Positions 38,583-51,759 of a stretch of 64,000 bases of DNA are shown one piece after another; the stretch's first letter is position 1, and every line of letters starts with the position of its first letter. Source of the DNA: Octopus vulgaris (Eukaryota); NCBI GenBank assembly GCA_951406725.2, contig OX597819.1, forward strand, positions 47,244,001 through 47,308,000. The letters run 5' to 3'. The notes under the pieces were generated by a model that saw nothing but the letters and a program-made list of their open reading frames with translations, ran no database searches and was not told the DNA's origin. Both the position numbers and the translations under genes were made by a program.

Positions 38583-39141
38583 GTATGTAAAATATATACA
38601 CTTTTTTTCTTTTAATATGTTAAAATTGCATTTCTTGATTCCAGGTATATGGAAGGACACTTTATCATAAAACTGTCTAACCCATGAAAAATAGTTGTTA
38701 TGGTATGATGGTGTTGGCGGCAGCAGTGGAGGAGGGGAGGAGGATAATGGTAGCAGTGATTAACTATAGACATGGTTATGAGAAACTAACACCAATCCAT
38801 GTTCACTATACATTACCCAGGGTGTCTTTTATTTAAGACCAAAGGGTGTATTTGGAAAGGGGATATGGCTGCTATTTCTAGCAGGTTCAACTATATAAAG
38901 CCTGCTTCACTGGATTATACAGTGAATTTCTATGTGAGTGAGTGATTGTGCATAGGTATGTTACATATGTGTTTGTGTAATGCAGTTGTATGGGTTTATG
39001 CAGGATCAAGCATGAATGTAATGTATGTGTAAATTTGTTGTTTAATAAGAAACGTTTAGCTTCAGCTCATAATAAAATAATGTTTTGTAAAGTGATCCAT
39101 GTCTTATTTCTTTTGTGCATTTGTTTGTGTTTTATCTGTAG

Positions 39142-39317
39142 ACATGGTTATGAGAAACCAACACCAATCCAAGCTCAGGCTATCCCTGCAATCATGTCTG
39201 GAAGAGATCTAATTGGAATTGCCAAGACAGGCAGCGGTAAAACAGTGGCATTCCTGTTGCCAATGTTCAGGCACATCATGGATCAGGGACCCCTTGAGGA
39301 AGGTGATGGGCCTATAT
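39142..39317 (+). CDS. DDX46: DDX46 exon 10 (Q motif, motif I)
   Basis: [34 protein letters not shown]...EGDGPI. Confidence 0.97.
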
Positions 39318-39729
39318 GTAAGTATTTCACTTTTCATTTTTGTTATTCATTTGTGATTTCTATCAAAGAAAAGGTGGTAAATAGCAATTAAAAAAAAACA
39401 TTTTTAGCCATCAAAAAATGTGTTTTGATTAGCTAAGTCTTTAGAATGCCATATTATCTGCTAGTGGTTAGCAAACAGTTAAAACCCTGTCCATGTGGAG
39501 GTTAATCACACCAGCTTAATACTGCAAAGATTGAGATCTAGTTAAGGACTGCCTCTCTTTCTAAATGAGACAACTGCAGAAGTACTTAGTTTAGAGTAAG
39601 ATTTTATACATAGCATTCACAGAGTACCACATTTTGTAGTCTTGTGGTCACTAAAGCAATTTGATACTGATGAATAGCTTAGGAGAACTACTTATAGGAA
39701 TGCTATCAATGAGTTCAATAAGGAATTAG

Positions 39730-39985
39730 CATGCAAGGGCTCAGTTGTGAGCCCATTTCTGTTTGTCATAGTTCTCCTGGCCAAAACAAGAGTTTAAGAC
39801 TGGCTGTGCATGGGAGTTCCTGTATGTTGATGACCTAACTAATTGCTGAATTAGTTAAAGAACTGGTGAAGTTTCAAACAAGGAAGCGGATCCTAGAATT
39901 AAGAGGTCTAAAAATAAACTGAGAAAAAATCTTTTAGCTAGCAGAAAACAATACGAAACTACTGCCATCTGAAAAGTGGTTTTGT
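39730..39985 (+). mobile_element. Short degraded RTE RT fragment
   Basis: QGLSCEP/QGSVVSPFLFVIVL-like and WEFLYVDDL motifs across frameshifts. Confidence 0.6.
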
Positions 39986-40156
39986 TTCATCATCATTGTC
40001 TTGATTTCTTTTCCACACTTGCATGAATCAGATGAGAGGACATTGAGACAAAGCTTTCTACAGCCAGATACCTCTCCTGTAGACAACCACCATTAATTGG
40101 TCATTATCTTGTACCTTTGAGATCTTGATCATGTGATTTTATATTTATTGAATGAC

Positions 40157-40375
40157 GGCGAGCTGGCAGAAACATTAGCACGCCGGGTGAAATGCTTAGC
40201 GGTATTTCGTCTGCCGTTATGTTCTGAGTTCAAATTCCGCCGAGGTCGACTTTGCCTTTCATCCTTTCGGGGTAGATAAATTAAGTACCAGTTATGCACT
40301 GGGGTCGATGTAATCGACTTAATCCCTTTGTTTGTCCCCTCTATGTTTAGCCCCTTGTGGGTAGTAAAGAAATAT
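40157..40375 (+). mobile_element. SINE family B (tRNA-like head, GCCTTTCATCCTTTCGGGGT central domain)
   Basis: A/B-box-like TGGCAGAAAC and GAGTTCAAATTC; 16-bp TSD ATATTTATTGAATGAC at 40141 and 40376; many degraded copies across the window. Confidence 0.8.
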
Positions 40376-40557
40376 ATATTTATTGAATGACATTGTACCA
40401 TAGGTGTCAGAGACCCAATCTAGTTGATTTCAACATAAAGCAGGTAGAATATTTTGGCCAGATTTGGCTGGTTTAAATACTAAGAAAGAATTATATTTTA
40501 CTTTGTTTAATTTTCTGTTGGCTTTTATTTTTTTTTTTTATTTTCTCTATAATGTAG

Positions 40558-40758
40558 CTGTGATTATGACTCCCACTCGAGAGCTGGCCATGCAGATTAC
40601 ATCTGAATGTCGAAAGTTTACCAAGTCATTAGGGCTGCGTGCTGTGTGTGTGTATGGTGGTACCGGTATCTCTGAACAGATTGCAGAACTTAAGAGAGGA
40701 TGCGAAATCATTGTGTGCACTCCTGGAAGAATGATTGATATGTTAGCAGCTAACAATG
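40558..40758 (+). CDS. DDX46: DDX46 exon 11 (motifs Ia/Ib)
   Basis: [13 protein letters not shown]...VYGG...[17 protein letters not shown]. Confidence 0.97.
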
Positions 40759-41242
40759 GTAAGTTGACCCTCTTGCATACTTGTGTATTTGTATGTTTTT
40801 TTTTCCAGTCCTTCGCAGGCTTACTCATTTTTGACAGCCGAGTGGACTAGAGCAGTGCGAAATGAAGTGTTTTGCTCAAGAACACAACATATTACCCAAT
40901 TCTGGAATCAAAACCACAATATTACTATAATGAGTGCAGTGCTCTAACAACTGAACCAACACTTCCACATACAACTTATGAACACATCTAAAATTTCAAA
41001 ATTTAACGATGAAATAAATGACAATTTAAGTCCATTTTCATTGCTAAATTGCATTTAGCCTTGTGAGCCCCATAGAAGTTATTAATCATATGCATCAAGG
41101 TTTTTTTTTTGATCTGTGTTTTACGGCCAAATTCCTTCCTGTCCCCAGCCCTCTTTGACTTGCAAGGCAATGGATGCACTTAATCTAAAAGTCAGGAGAC
41201 ACATGGTATAAACTAAACTACTGTGACATATTCAGACATATA

Positions 41243-41764
41243 CCGTAAATCCTCGAATATAATCCACATTTTTTCCCCAAAATTTAAAGGTCAAAATTCC
41301 TAGTGCATACTATATACAAGGTTAAAAATGAAAAATATTTTCTAAGCAATGTCCCAGTCTCTATTTGCTGTGCGGCAATGTTTATTCAGATGCATTTTGT
41401 GATGTCGGGCGCGAAAATACCTTAAGCTAAGCCTGAAAGCAATGAAGTCATAAAAGAATCATCCATAACTTGCAGTAAGCAACATTTACTAAAATAAAAG
41501 TATTCAGAACACAGAATAACATGTAACAAAAACAATTTGCAAACATATTTACATTCCCATATAACAGTTAAGAACATCACCATTATTGTATTACGCATGC
41601 ATGGAAGTGTTTGTTCGACTAGGTGCTGCTGGCTTATACGCATGACTCAAGTTAGAGATGGGGTGCATATTATACACAAGGTTTGGGTTTTTCAGAAGTA
41701 CAGCCCCCCCTAAAAATCCTCTGCATATTATACTCAAGGGCGGACTATACTCAAGGATCTACAG
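41243..41764. mobile_element. Tc1/mariner-superfamily (Tc2/pogo-like) MITE
   Basis: TA|CCGTAAATCCTCGAATATAATCC ... GGACTATACTCAAGGATCTACAG|TA imperfect TIRs. Confidence 0.75.
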
Positions 41765-42017
41765 TATTTGTACATTAAAGTTGTTAGTGTCATTGCTGTT
41801 GCTCTTTAGCCCTGTAGCCATCCTATCTCTTAGAGTCAAACTATATTATCCAATGCATGTCGTTTTTTTTTGTTTTTTGTTAAGACAGTAGGGTGTGATT
41901 TGAGGGAGATTTGCCTGCTGTTTCTATTTAGCAGATTGAGTAATGAAACAGAGGCGCCCTCATTGGCTTGTGTATTTGCCAGGATTGTTATTATTGCTAA
42001 TATCTTTGTTTGACTAA

Positions 42018-42113
<96 letters not shown>

Positions 42114-42293
42114 TAAGCTTATCCTTTGATATTTAATTGCATTTATTAAATTGTGGGTTTCTTTGTCTTTCTCTTCTCCTCACTTCTCAAGACATTTCTT
42201 TATTAAAACTTACTGCTCTGGTTATGACTTGCTGGGAGATTTTTATTATTTTTAGTAATTTGAAACTAATTATAACACAATAATTAGCATTAT

Positions 42294-42600
42294 GTGGAGG
42301 CATATGGCCTAGTGGTTAGAGTAGTGAACTCACAGTCGAGGGATCATGGGTTTGAATCTCAGATCGGGTGATGTGTGTGTTTATGAGTGAAACAGCTAAG
42401 CTCCACATGGCTCTGGCAGAAGGTAATGGCGAACTTCTGCTGAGTTTTTCGCCACAACTTTCTCTCACTCTTTCCTCCTGCGTCTAGCAGCTCACCTGTG
42501 ACAGACCAGTGTCTCATCAAGGTGAGTAACCTATACGCCAATGAAACCGGGAAACCGGCCCTTTAGAGCCAAGCATGGCTCAAGAAGGAACAAACAACAA
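42294..42600 (+). mobile_element. tRNA-derived SINE, family E
   Basis: A box TGGCCTAGTGG, B box GGTTTGAATC, (AAC)n-like tail; inverted sister copy at 15949-16227. Confidence 0.75.
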
Positions 42601-42957
42601 TTAGCATTATAGCACTAGAAAGGAAGAATGGGCAGCTGAGTTGACAAGGGAGCAAACAACCAACCAAGAAGTCAGCAGTTCATATCTTGCTCCTTCGTTT
42701 CTCTTTAAACCCTTTGCTCCCTCTGGAGCATTGGCCATCAATTATTATTTTCCCCTATTCTCAATTCTGGGCTGTATTTTCTGCTTCTCTGCAGTTGGAT
42801 TCCTGCATTTTTAGCTCTGCCTTAGTATCCCACCTCCCTGAGGGGAAGCCTTCTTCTCCCAGTGCTTTAGTAACTTTGCCTTTTTCTAGATAGAATTGTT
42901 GACCCTAAACAGAACTATTTTTACCCCTGGGAATAGGCGGTCTGTATTAGTTTAGCA

Positions 42958-43609
42958 CAGTGGTTCTCAACAATTTTTTTTATCTATGGACTCCTTTGTT
43001 TACTATTTTAATCTGGTGGACTCCATAACCTTTCAATATTTAAAAACTAATTTTATAGATACTTCTTTCTAAATTCCTATTTTGTTATTCACTTGAACTA
43101 TGTAAAATGTTTGTGAAAGAAACCTAGCTGTTTCTTGCAATACACATGTTTCATCATCATCATCATCATCATCGTTTAGCGTCCGTTTTCCATGCTAGCA
43201 TGGGTTGGACGGTTCTACTGGGGTCTGTGAAGCCAGAAGGCTTCATCAGGCCCAGTCAAATCTGGCAGTGTTTCTACGGCTGGATGCCCTTCCTAACGCC
43301 AACCACTCCGTGAGTGTAGTGGGTGCTTTTTACGTGCCACCCGCACAGGTGCCAGACAGAGCTGTCAAACGGCCACGAACGGATGGTGCTTTTTATATGC
43401 CACCGGCACGAGGGCCAGGCGAGGCTGGCAACGGACACGAAACGGGGCGGTGCTGGCAACGGTCGCGAAACGGAAGGTTCTCTTACATGCCACCGGCACT
43501 GGTAACACATCTGCAATTTCCATTGATCGATTTAAATCAAAAATTTTCATGGACCCTTAAAATATTATTGTGGATCCCCAATTTACTATTTTACTTGTGT
43601 GAACCACTG
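42958..43609. mobile_element. hAT (Charlie-like) MITE interrupted by an RTE tail
   Basis: CAGTGGTTC...GAACCACTG termini; 8-bp TSD GTTTAGCA/ATCTAGCA. Confidence 0.7.
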
Positions 43610-44803
43610 ATCTAGCAGCTATCCTTTAACCTGTCCAGCACTTGAAGCACTACCAGGATCTTGCACTCCCAGCATAGCTCTCAGGATCATTGAGGCATGC
43701 ACGCCTCAATATCACAAGAACTGGATCTTGTGTTGGATATCTTACTACTAACATATATAAATTGTTTGTCCATGTGCCAAGTGAAGTCATAGTCATGGCC
43801 AATGATGGTGTCACATGACTGGCATGTAAAAAGCACCCTTGGAGTAGTTGGCATTAGGAAGGGCATCCGGCAGTAGAAATTATGCCAAATCAGATTTCAA
43901 CCTGGTGTAGTCCTACAGCTTACCAGTTTCAGTCAAACTGTCTAATCCATGCCAGCATGGAAAGCAGACACTAAATGATAATGACGATGTCCACGGATCT
44001 TTGATCTCAGTGACCAAATCCATCTGATTTTAAGTTGTGTTGTTTAACCCCAGGTCAGCCCTAATTGAGCAGACCTATGATCAAAGGCATTCAGAGTGAG
44101 ACCATCTCGTCATTTTTAAACTTATATGTGTATCTGTGACCACATTATATCCTGGTTAAACATTCTTTTCCTTTCTAAGACAATAGGGTGTAATTTGAAG
44201 GAGATGTGGCTGCTATTTCTAATAAGTCAGGCAACTAAAGAGGTTTCCACTTCAAGTTGTTGTTTAATCCCAGATCTGAGCAGACTTGTAAATAAAGGCA
44301 TTCCAATCATGACCATTCTGTCTTTTTCTTATCTGCAGAGAACCCAGGATTATCTAATTATACATACCCTTTTCTAACATGGTAGGGTGTGATTTGAGGA
44401 AGATTTATCTGCTATAACTAGTAGGTTCAAGCCACTTTTTTTTTAGAGGTTTCACATTAGCTGTTAGAATAGTTAATATATTAATTAATTATTCTAATAG
44501 AACAATGTACCAGAAAGGTAATCCTGATTTCAAAGTACCCCTGTTAGTATGTATTACTATCTGATCAGGCATATACTCTGGAGTGACAATTTGAGGATTT
44601 TGAATTTACTGCAGTAGCTTTTGAGTAAATGTGAGCCTTAAGCTAAGCCTTAGGTGGCAGGTAGGGGTAGCTGGCTTTTAAAAACCCATGCTTAATTCCA
44701 GGTTTATGATGTTGACTAAAGAAGAAAAATTGGTCAACCGGCTTCAGTAGAAAATACTTGCCCAAGATGTTTCACAGTATTCATAAACTCTATAAGTTCA
44801 TAG

Positions 44804-45421
44804 CATCATCATCATCGTTTAACGTCCGATTTCCATGCTAGCATGGCTTGGACGGTTCGACCGGAGTCTGATCTGGCAGTGTTTCTCACTGGATGATCTG
44901 GCAGTGTTTCTACAGCTGGATCCCCTTCCTAACACCCACCACTCTGTGAGTGTAGTGGGTGCTTTTTACGTCCACCGGCACAGAAGCCAGTCAAGGTGGC
45001 GCTGGCATCAGCCACGTTCAGATGGTGCTTTTTACGTGCCACCAGCACAGGTATCCAACTGCAATTTCCATCTGATTTTTATTTTGATGTTGATGTTGAT
45101 GTACTTGACTCAATAGGTCTCCTCAAGCACAGCAGGTCACCCTACGATCCAAGGTAAGCACAACAGGTCGTCTTATGATCCAAGGTACTTTGAATGGGCT
45201 GGGGCTGGTTAAGGATACGCCGTGGACTCACTTTATTTGTCGGGTCTTCGCAGTCACAGCCTATCTCCAGAGGTCTCAGTCTTTTGTCATTGCCTCTGTG
45301 AGGCCCAATGTTCGAAGGTCATGCTTGACTACCTCATCCCATGTCTTCCTGGGTCTACCTCTACCCCAGATTCCTTCAACTGTTTGGGAGTGGCACTTCT
45401 TCACACATCCCTCCTCATCCA
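44804..45421 (-). mobile_element. 5'-truncated RTE LINE (ORF2 C-terminus + 3'UTR + (GAT)n tail)
   Basis: Minus strand encodes CVKKCHSQTVEGIWGRGRPRKTWDEVVKHDLRTLGLTEAMTKD*DLWR, an RTE-type C-terminus, followed by the UTR shared by ~19 copies. Confidence 0.85.
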
Positions 45422-45818
45422 ATGGGAAATGGGAGTTCAAAAGTGGCTCTTTATTTTATTTTTCAACCCCTTTGTGTGGAATATTAGAACATACATCTTC
45501 CTAAAGCATACAAACTTCTTAATTTTACAAACTTAATAAAGTTTGATATTTGCTGATATTAATTAACCACCACCTATTTTATTTTTCCAAAATTGTGATT
45601 TTTTATTTGTATGTTTCAAAAGTCATTACAAATATGTAAAATTTTTGAACTGGACTGCTACAAGTTAAAATAAATGGTAAGATAAAAAAAAAAGAAAGAA
45701 ATTAGATGAAAAAGGATTTTAGCTTGTCATTTTGTTTATTTTCTGTTATGTTTATAATGTTTGATTTTTGTCAATTTTATCATTTTGTCTTTTGTTTTGT
45801 TTTGTTTTTTTCCTCCAG

Positions 45819-45983
45819 GTGATGAGGATTGTGGATAACATTCGACCAGATCGCCAGCTTGTTATGTTCTCAGCTACATTTCCCCGACAAATGGAGGCAC
45901 TAGCCCGACACATCCTCTCAAAACCTATTGAAGTACAAGTTGGAGGTCGTAGTGTTGTATGTAAAGACGTTGAACAACATGTT
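45819..45983 (+). CDS. DDX46: DDX46 exon 13 (motif III SAT)
   Basis: [30 protein letters not shown]...VEQHV. Confidence 0.96.
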
Positions 45984-46781
45984 GTTAGTATTTTTCTGTT
46001 TATCATTTTCTCATTTTGTTCTTGTATTGTTTGTTTAAGAAAAGAATTCCTTTAATTTTATTAATTAAAAATTGTTTGCCATGCTTGGGTTTTCATAATC
46101 AATTCTACCTCCTATAATTTCTATAATTTGTTATTGTAATGTCCCCTTCATCTGCCACTTTGATGGCAAATAAAACACTGTCTCTACCATCATACTATCT
46201 ATCCTTTCTCTTTTCTCATCAATCTTTCTATTATTCAACTTCTGAATTTCTGCCTTCAGCATATAACATCATAGAGTAGGACTTAACTACTAAGTGCTTG
46301 TACAAAGCAACCTCACTAGAGCTGATACCATGTAAATGCACCCAGTATACTCTGTAAACTGCTCAGCAAACAAAGCAGAGACAGTGATGTAAATTACTAA
46401 CCCTGCCCCCACAAAATCTCAGGCTTTGCACTTATAATAGAAAGATCTTTATGTTGTTGTTGTTTTTTTTAAGCAGTGAACTGGCAAGCTCATTAGATTC
46501 TTTACAGTATTTGTTCTGGCTCTTTACATTTTGAATTCAAATTCTGTCAGTATCTACTTTTGCCTTTCATCCTTCCAGAGTCATTAAAATAAAGTACATA
46601 CCAGGGCTGATGGTATCAACTAACTTCTTCCTTTAAAATAGCTGACCTTGTACCTAAATTAAAAATTATTATTATTTCATAAAGCTTCAAAAATCCATTA
46701 AAAATGCTTAACACATTTCATTATCATGATGCAAGAAATCTATTAAAGTAACGTTTGTATTTTCTTTTTTTTTTTTATCAG

Positions 46782-47009
46782 GTACTTTTAGATGAAGATC
46801 AGAAATTTTTCAAGCTACTCGAACTGCTGGGTATATACCAGGAACTTGGCAGTGTACTGGTGTTTGTCGACAAGCAGGAACATGCTGATGAAGTGATGAA
46901 AGAACTTCTGAAACATGCCTACCCTTGCATGTCATTACATGGTGGAATTGACCAATATGATCGAGACAGTACCATTATTGACTTCAAAAATGGAACAATC
47001 AAATTGTTG
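46782..47009 (+). CDS. DDX46: DDX46 exon 14 (motif IV)
   Basis: VLLDEDQKFFKLLELLG...VLVFVDKQEHAD...LHGGIDQYDRDSTIIDFKNGTIKLL. Confidence 0.96.
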
Positions 47010-47429
47010 GTAAGTATATTTTGATATTAAACAAGCTACATTTTTGATTATTTATTTATTTCAAAATTTTTTTGTATCTCACCTCTAAGATGGAATTTAG
47101 GTAGGTTTACACCACCGGTGACCTCAGCCATCCAAGAACTGTCAAATAATCTTAACCATTCCTAATAAAGCAGGCCAGTTGCATGTATTCTATGCTCTTC
47201 TGCAAGCCAATCTTTTCTATCCACTCCTTGAGCCTCTTCCCTTTTGTTCCTAACGTTCAATATGGCAATTGGTACAACCTCACTTTTTCTTCAACCCCAT
47301 AATATGCTTATCTCTATCTTCAGGTTCCAGTATATATGTGTGTGTGTACTTTGTTGATTTCTTTTACTTTTATTCTTGTATGAAATGGACAGGCCACATC
47401 AGTTATGTAGCAAGTCCATTCCCTCTTCT

Positions 47430-47592
47430 CAAGCACCAAGATATCTGATCTGTTATGCTCTAAGACATGATTTGTTTAGATAGGGAAGTCTCAAAGAAGT
47501 TTAATCTCATCGTTTTCAGTCACTTTTTCAGGTGTTTGTTCATACCACCTGTGTGTTGATGGAAGTCCATGCTTCTTACACATTTCTCAGTG
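47430..47592 (-). mobile_element. R4/Dong-like non-LTR fragment (zinc knuckle to restriction-like endonuclease region)
   Basis: Minus strand MCKKHGLPSTHRWYEQTPEKVTENDEIKLL*DFPI*TNHVLEHNRSDI. Confidence 0.65.
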
Positions 47593-48007
47593 GATGATCT
47601 TTGCAATTTGAGTTCAAATTCTTCCAAAATTGACTTTGCCTTTCATCCTTTTGGAGTCAATAAGTACCTGTTGAACACTGAGGTTGATGGCATCAACTTA
47701 ACCCTATCTTGAAACTGCTGGTCTTGTGTCAAAATTTGAAACCGTTATTATTGTCATCAGTGCTGTCTCCTATCATCATCATCATCATTTTAATTTACAC
47801 TTTTCAAGCATAAAACAATTTTTTCCAAAATTTATGGAGATGACAGGATAGACACACGCATGGGTGTGTTTAAGAAGTTTGCTTCCCAACTACATGGTTT
47901 CAGGTTCAGTCCCACTGCATGGCGCTTTGGGCTGGTGTCTTCTACTATAGCCCTCAGCTGACCGAAGCCTTATGAGTGGATTTGGTAGGCAGAAACTGAA
48001 AGAAGCC

Positions 48008-48229
48008 AAGCTGGCAGAAACGTTACCACGCTGGGCAAAATGCTTAGCGGTATTTCGTCTGCTGATACATTCTGAGTTCAAATTCTGCCGAGGTCGACTT
48101 TGCCTTTCATCCTTTCGGGGTCGATAAATTAAGTACCAGTTGTGTACTTGGGTCGATGTAATCGACTTAATCTCTTTGTCCTTGTTTGTCCCCTCTATGT
48201 TTAGCCCCCTGTGGGCAGTAAAGAAATAA
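48008..48229 (+). mobile_element. SINE family B nested in a family-A-like SINE
   Basis: 17-bp TSD AGAAACTGAAAGAAGCC on both sides. Confidence 0.8.
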
Positions 48230-48572
48230 GAAACTGAAAGAAGCCCATTTTGTATGTGTGTGTGTGTCCCTCTTCATATTAGATGATTGTTGTAATTGAA
48301 TGTCATTTGTTTCCAATACTCTATGAAAACATATCTGGCCATGAAGAAATATTACCTTGCTTAGAAACACGTATGGGTTGGTGACAGGAAGAGCATCCAG
48401 CCATACAAAATCTGCCTCAATAAGCTCAGTCCAACCCATGCAAATATGGAAAACTAAATATTAAAATGAGGAGGAGGCATGAGAGGAGGATCTCTACTAC
48501 TACTGTGATTATTAGTTATTACCTAAAGTAAAATTTTTTATATGAAAGTCGCCCTTCATGTTGTCATATTAA

Positions 48573-48704
<132 letters not shown>

Positions 48705-49871
48705 TAAGTCTCTGTTTTACCATCATCATTGGTTGTTATTATGTGATTTAATTTGTCCTGACCCATCACTATCCGGCCCTTAGGAATAGAGTCTACTCTG
48801 TTGCAAGCATTCAGATCAGATCTCCATTCTTTAGTAACCCATGAGTTATGGCTTCATACTCCTTTGCTCCTATCAGTCTTGTAGACCCTACAAAGGGTCA
48901 TGGTCCTATTTTTAGTCATCTACCTTAAACCACTGTTGGCTCTTAACGGAAGTGAATAGTATTGACATCCTGTAAAATTTGATACCCTACAACCTCCTTC
49001 TGGTCAGTGGCAGGCTGTTGGCAATTACTACTATATTTTGGAAAAATGAGGGCTTGAGAAGTATTTCGCCTTGATTACTAATCCTTTATCAATATATATA
49101 TATATATATATATGTATACAGAGTGTCCGTAAATTACCTCTATGATTTGAACAATGCAGAAAAAAAATGAAAAATAAGGATACCTCAGCAGAGTTCATTG
49201 GCCGCAAAGAAGTTGATTGATGGATCTTGACTTTAATAGATATAATAAGTTGTGGAAGTTGTAAAGGTAATTTATGAACACCCAACATATCTGGAGCATT
49301 GCTGTATTCAAGAAGACCTGTTTGCCACAGCAGAATTAATACTGGTGCTGGTGTCACATAAAAAGCACCCAGTACACTCTGTGGAGTGGTTGGTGTTTGG
49401 AAGAGCATTAAGCCGTAGAAACCATGCCAGAACAGACAATGGAGCCTAGTGAGGCCCCTGGTCTTACCAGCTCAGGTCAAACCATCCAACCCATACCAGC
49501 ATAGAAAATAGACATTAAATAATGATGATGATGATGTATATGTATATATACACACACGTATTGCAACATTGTATTTTGAATTCTGGCAGTTGTATGAATT
49601 GTTGACTAAAGTGTATAGAGGTAGAATCAGTTGACGTATGGGAGGATTGGTAGAGCCCAGGTCCATCCTGGTTTAGGAGATCTGCAAGCAAAAGTGCTCC
49701 AGTTACAACTTGTATATATCTGGAACTACATTATCCTATGAATCCTTCCTTTTTCAAGATCATTGGATGTGATTTGTGGGAGATTTGACTCCTATACCTA
49801 GCAAGTCAAGCAAATATACATTTTTATTTTATGTTGATACATTGTTTTATTTATTTATTTTTTTCTCACAG

Positions 49872-50034
49872 GCGTACAGGCCGTGCTGGAAACAAAGGAT
49901 TTGCTTTTACTTTCATAACACCAGATCAAGAAAAATATTCCATAGACATTATCAAAGCGTTAGAACTTTCCGGAGCTCCAGTACCACCTGATCTGGAGAA
50001 AATGTGGAATGATTACAAAGAAAGAGCTAAAGCA
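49872..50034 (+). CDS. DDX46: DDX46 exon 16
   Basis: RTGRAGNKGFAFTFITPDQEKYSIDIIKALELSG...KERAKA. Confidence 0.96.
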
Positions 50035-50489
50035 GTAAGTCATCATTATTATCATCATTTAATGTCTGTTGTCTATGCTGCCGTAGGTTGGACAGTTTGA
50101 CTGGGCTGGCACGCTAGGAAGCTGTGCCAGGCTCCAGTCTGATTTGGCATGGTTTTCTACAGCTAGATGTCCTTCCTAATGCCAACCACTCTGAGAGTGT
50201 AATGGGTGTTTTTATGTGCCACCAACATGGGTGCCATTTGTGTGACACCGGTATCAACCACAACTGTGATTTTGCTCGGCTTGATGGGTCTTCTTCTCAA
50301 GCATGACATAAAGCCAAAGGCCTTGGTCATTGCCTCCATGAGGCCCAACTTGAAAAGAACTTGGCCACTTTGCCTCCATGGGGCATGTTACTCTTTTTTA
50401 GAATTTGTCATATGAAGGTCACTACTGGTTGCATTGATTTCATATTCAACCGCCAGATGATCGACACTTTCCATCATATCACTAGGATA

Positions 50490-50882
50490 GGCGCAGGGGT
50501 GGCTGTGTGGTAAGTAGCTTGCTTACCAACCACATGGTTCCGAGTTCAGTCCCACTGCGTAGCACCTTGGGCAAGTGTCTTCTACTATAGCCTTGGGCCG
50601 ACCAAAGCCTTGCGAGTGGATTTGGTAGACGAAAACTGAAAGAAGCCCGTCGTGTATATGTATATATATATATATGTGTGTGTTTGTGTGTCTGTGTTTG
50701 TCCCCCCAACATCGCTTGACAACCAATGTTGGTGTATTTACGTCCCCGTAACTTAGCAGTTCGGCAAAAGAGACCGATAGAATAAATACTAGGCTTACAA
50801 AGAATAAGTCCTGGGGTCGATTTGCTCGACTAAAGGCGGTGCTCCAGCATGGCTGCAATCAAATGACTGAAACAAGTAAAAG
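50490..50882 (+). mobile_element. SINE family A (further or partial copies near 12690, 15146, 31165, 47860, 51125, 56655)
   Basis: Near-identical to the other copies. Confidence 0.85.
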
Positions 50883-51569
50883 CGTATACTGACGTAATCC
50901 ATCTAACTGTGGATAGGACCCATGTGTCAGTACAACTCCTTGCTGTTATGAGCAGGATTATAATATAGTTAACTAGGCCCAGGTATGGTTGTGTGGTTAA
51001 GAAGTTTGCTTACCAATCATATGGATAGTGGAACTTTCGCAAGTAAATACAGTAGTTCCAGGTTGAATTTGGACTAAGTTGAGTGTTTTATTCTTATATA
51101 TGTGCATCTGTTATGTAAATAAGTGCGGGCATGGCTGTGTGGTAAGAAGCTTGCTTCCCAACCACATAGTTCTAGGTTCAGTTCCTCTGCATAGCACTGT
51201 CTGAAAGTGTCTTTTACTATACTCTCAGTCTCAGGTTGACCAAAGCCTTGTGAGTGTATTTAGTAGAGGGAAACTGAAAAAAGCTTGTTGTGTGTGTGTG
51301 TATGTTTTCATCATCTCCCACTTCTTGACAACTGGTGTTGGTGTGTTTACATCCCTGTAACTTAGTTGCTTGGCAAAAGAGACTTATAGTGCCAGACTTT
51401 AAAAAAAAGTAAATACTGGGGTTGATTTCTTTAACTAAAATTCTTCAAGATAGTGCCCCAGCAAGGCTGCAGTCTTTTGACTGGAACAAGTAAAAGAGAA
51501 AAGATAGACCCAAAGTGGATTCAGATTAGGAATATTTTCTAAACTAAGAGTGGTAACAGTTTTATCTAC

Positions 51570-51724
51570 GAGTGGCTGTGTGGTAAGTAGCTTGCTTACC
51601 AACCACATGGTTCCGGGTTCAGTCCCACTGCATGGCACCTTGGGCGAGTGTCTTCTACTATAGCCGCGGGCAGACCATAGCCTTGTGAGTGGATTTGGTA
51701 GACAGAAACTGAAAGAAGCCCGTC

Positions 51725-51759
<35 letters not shown>

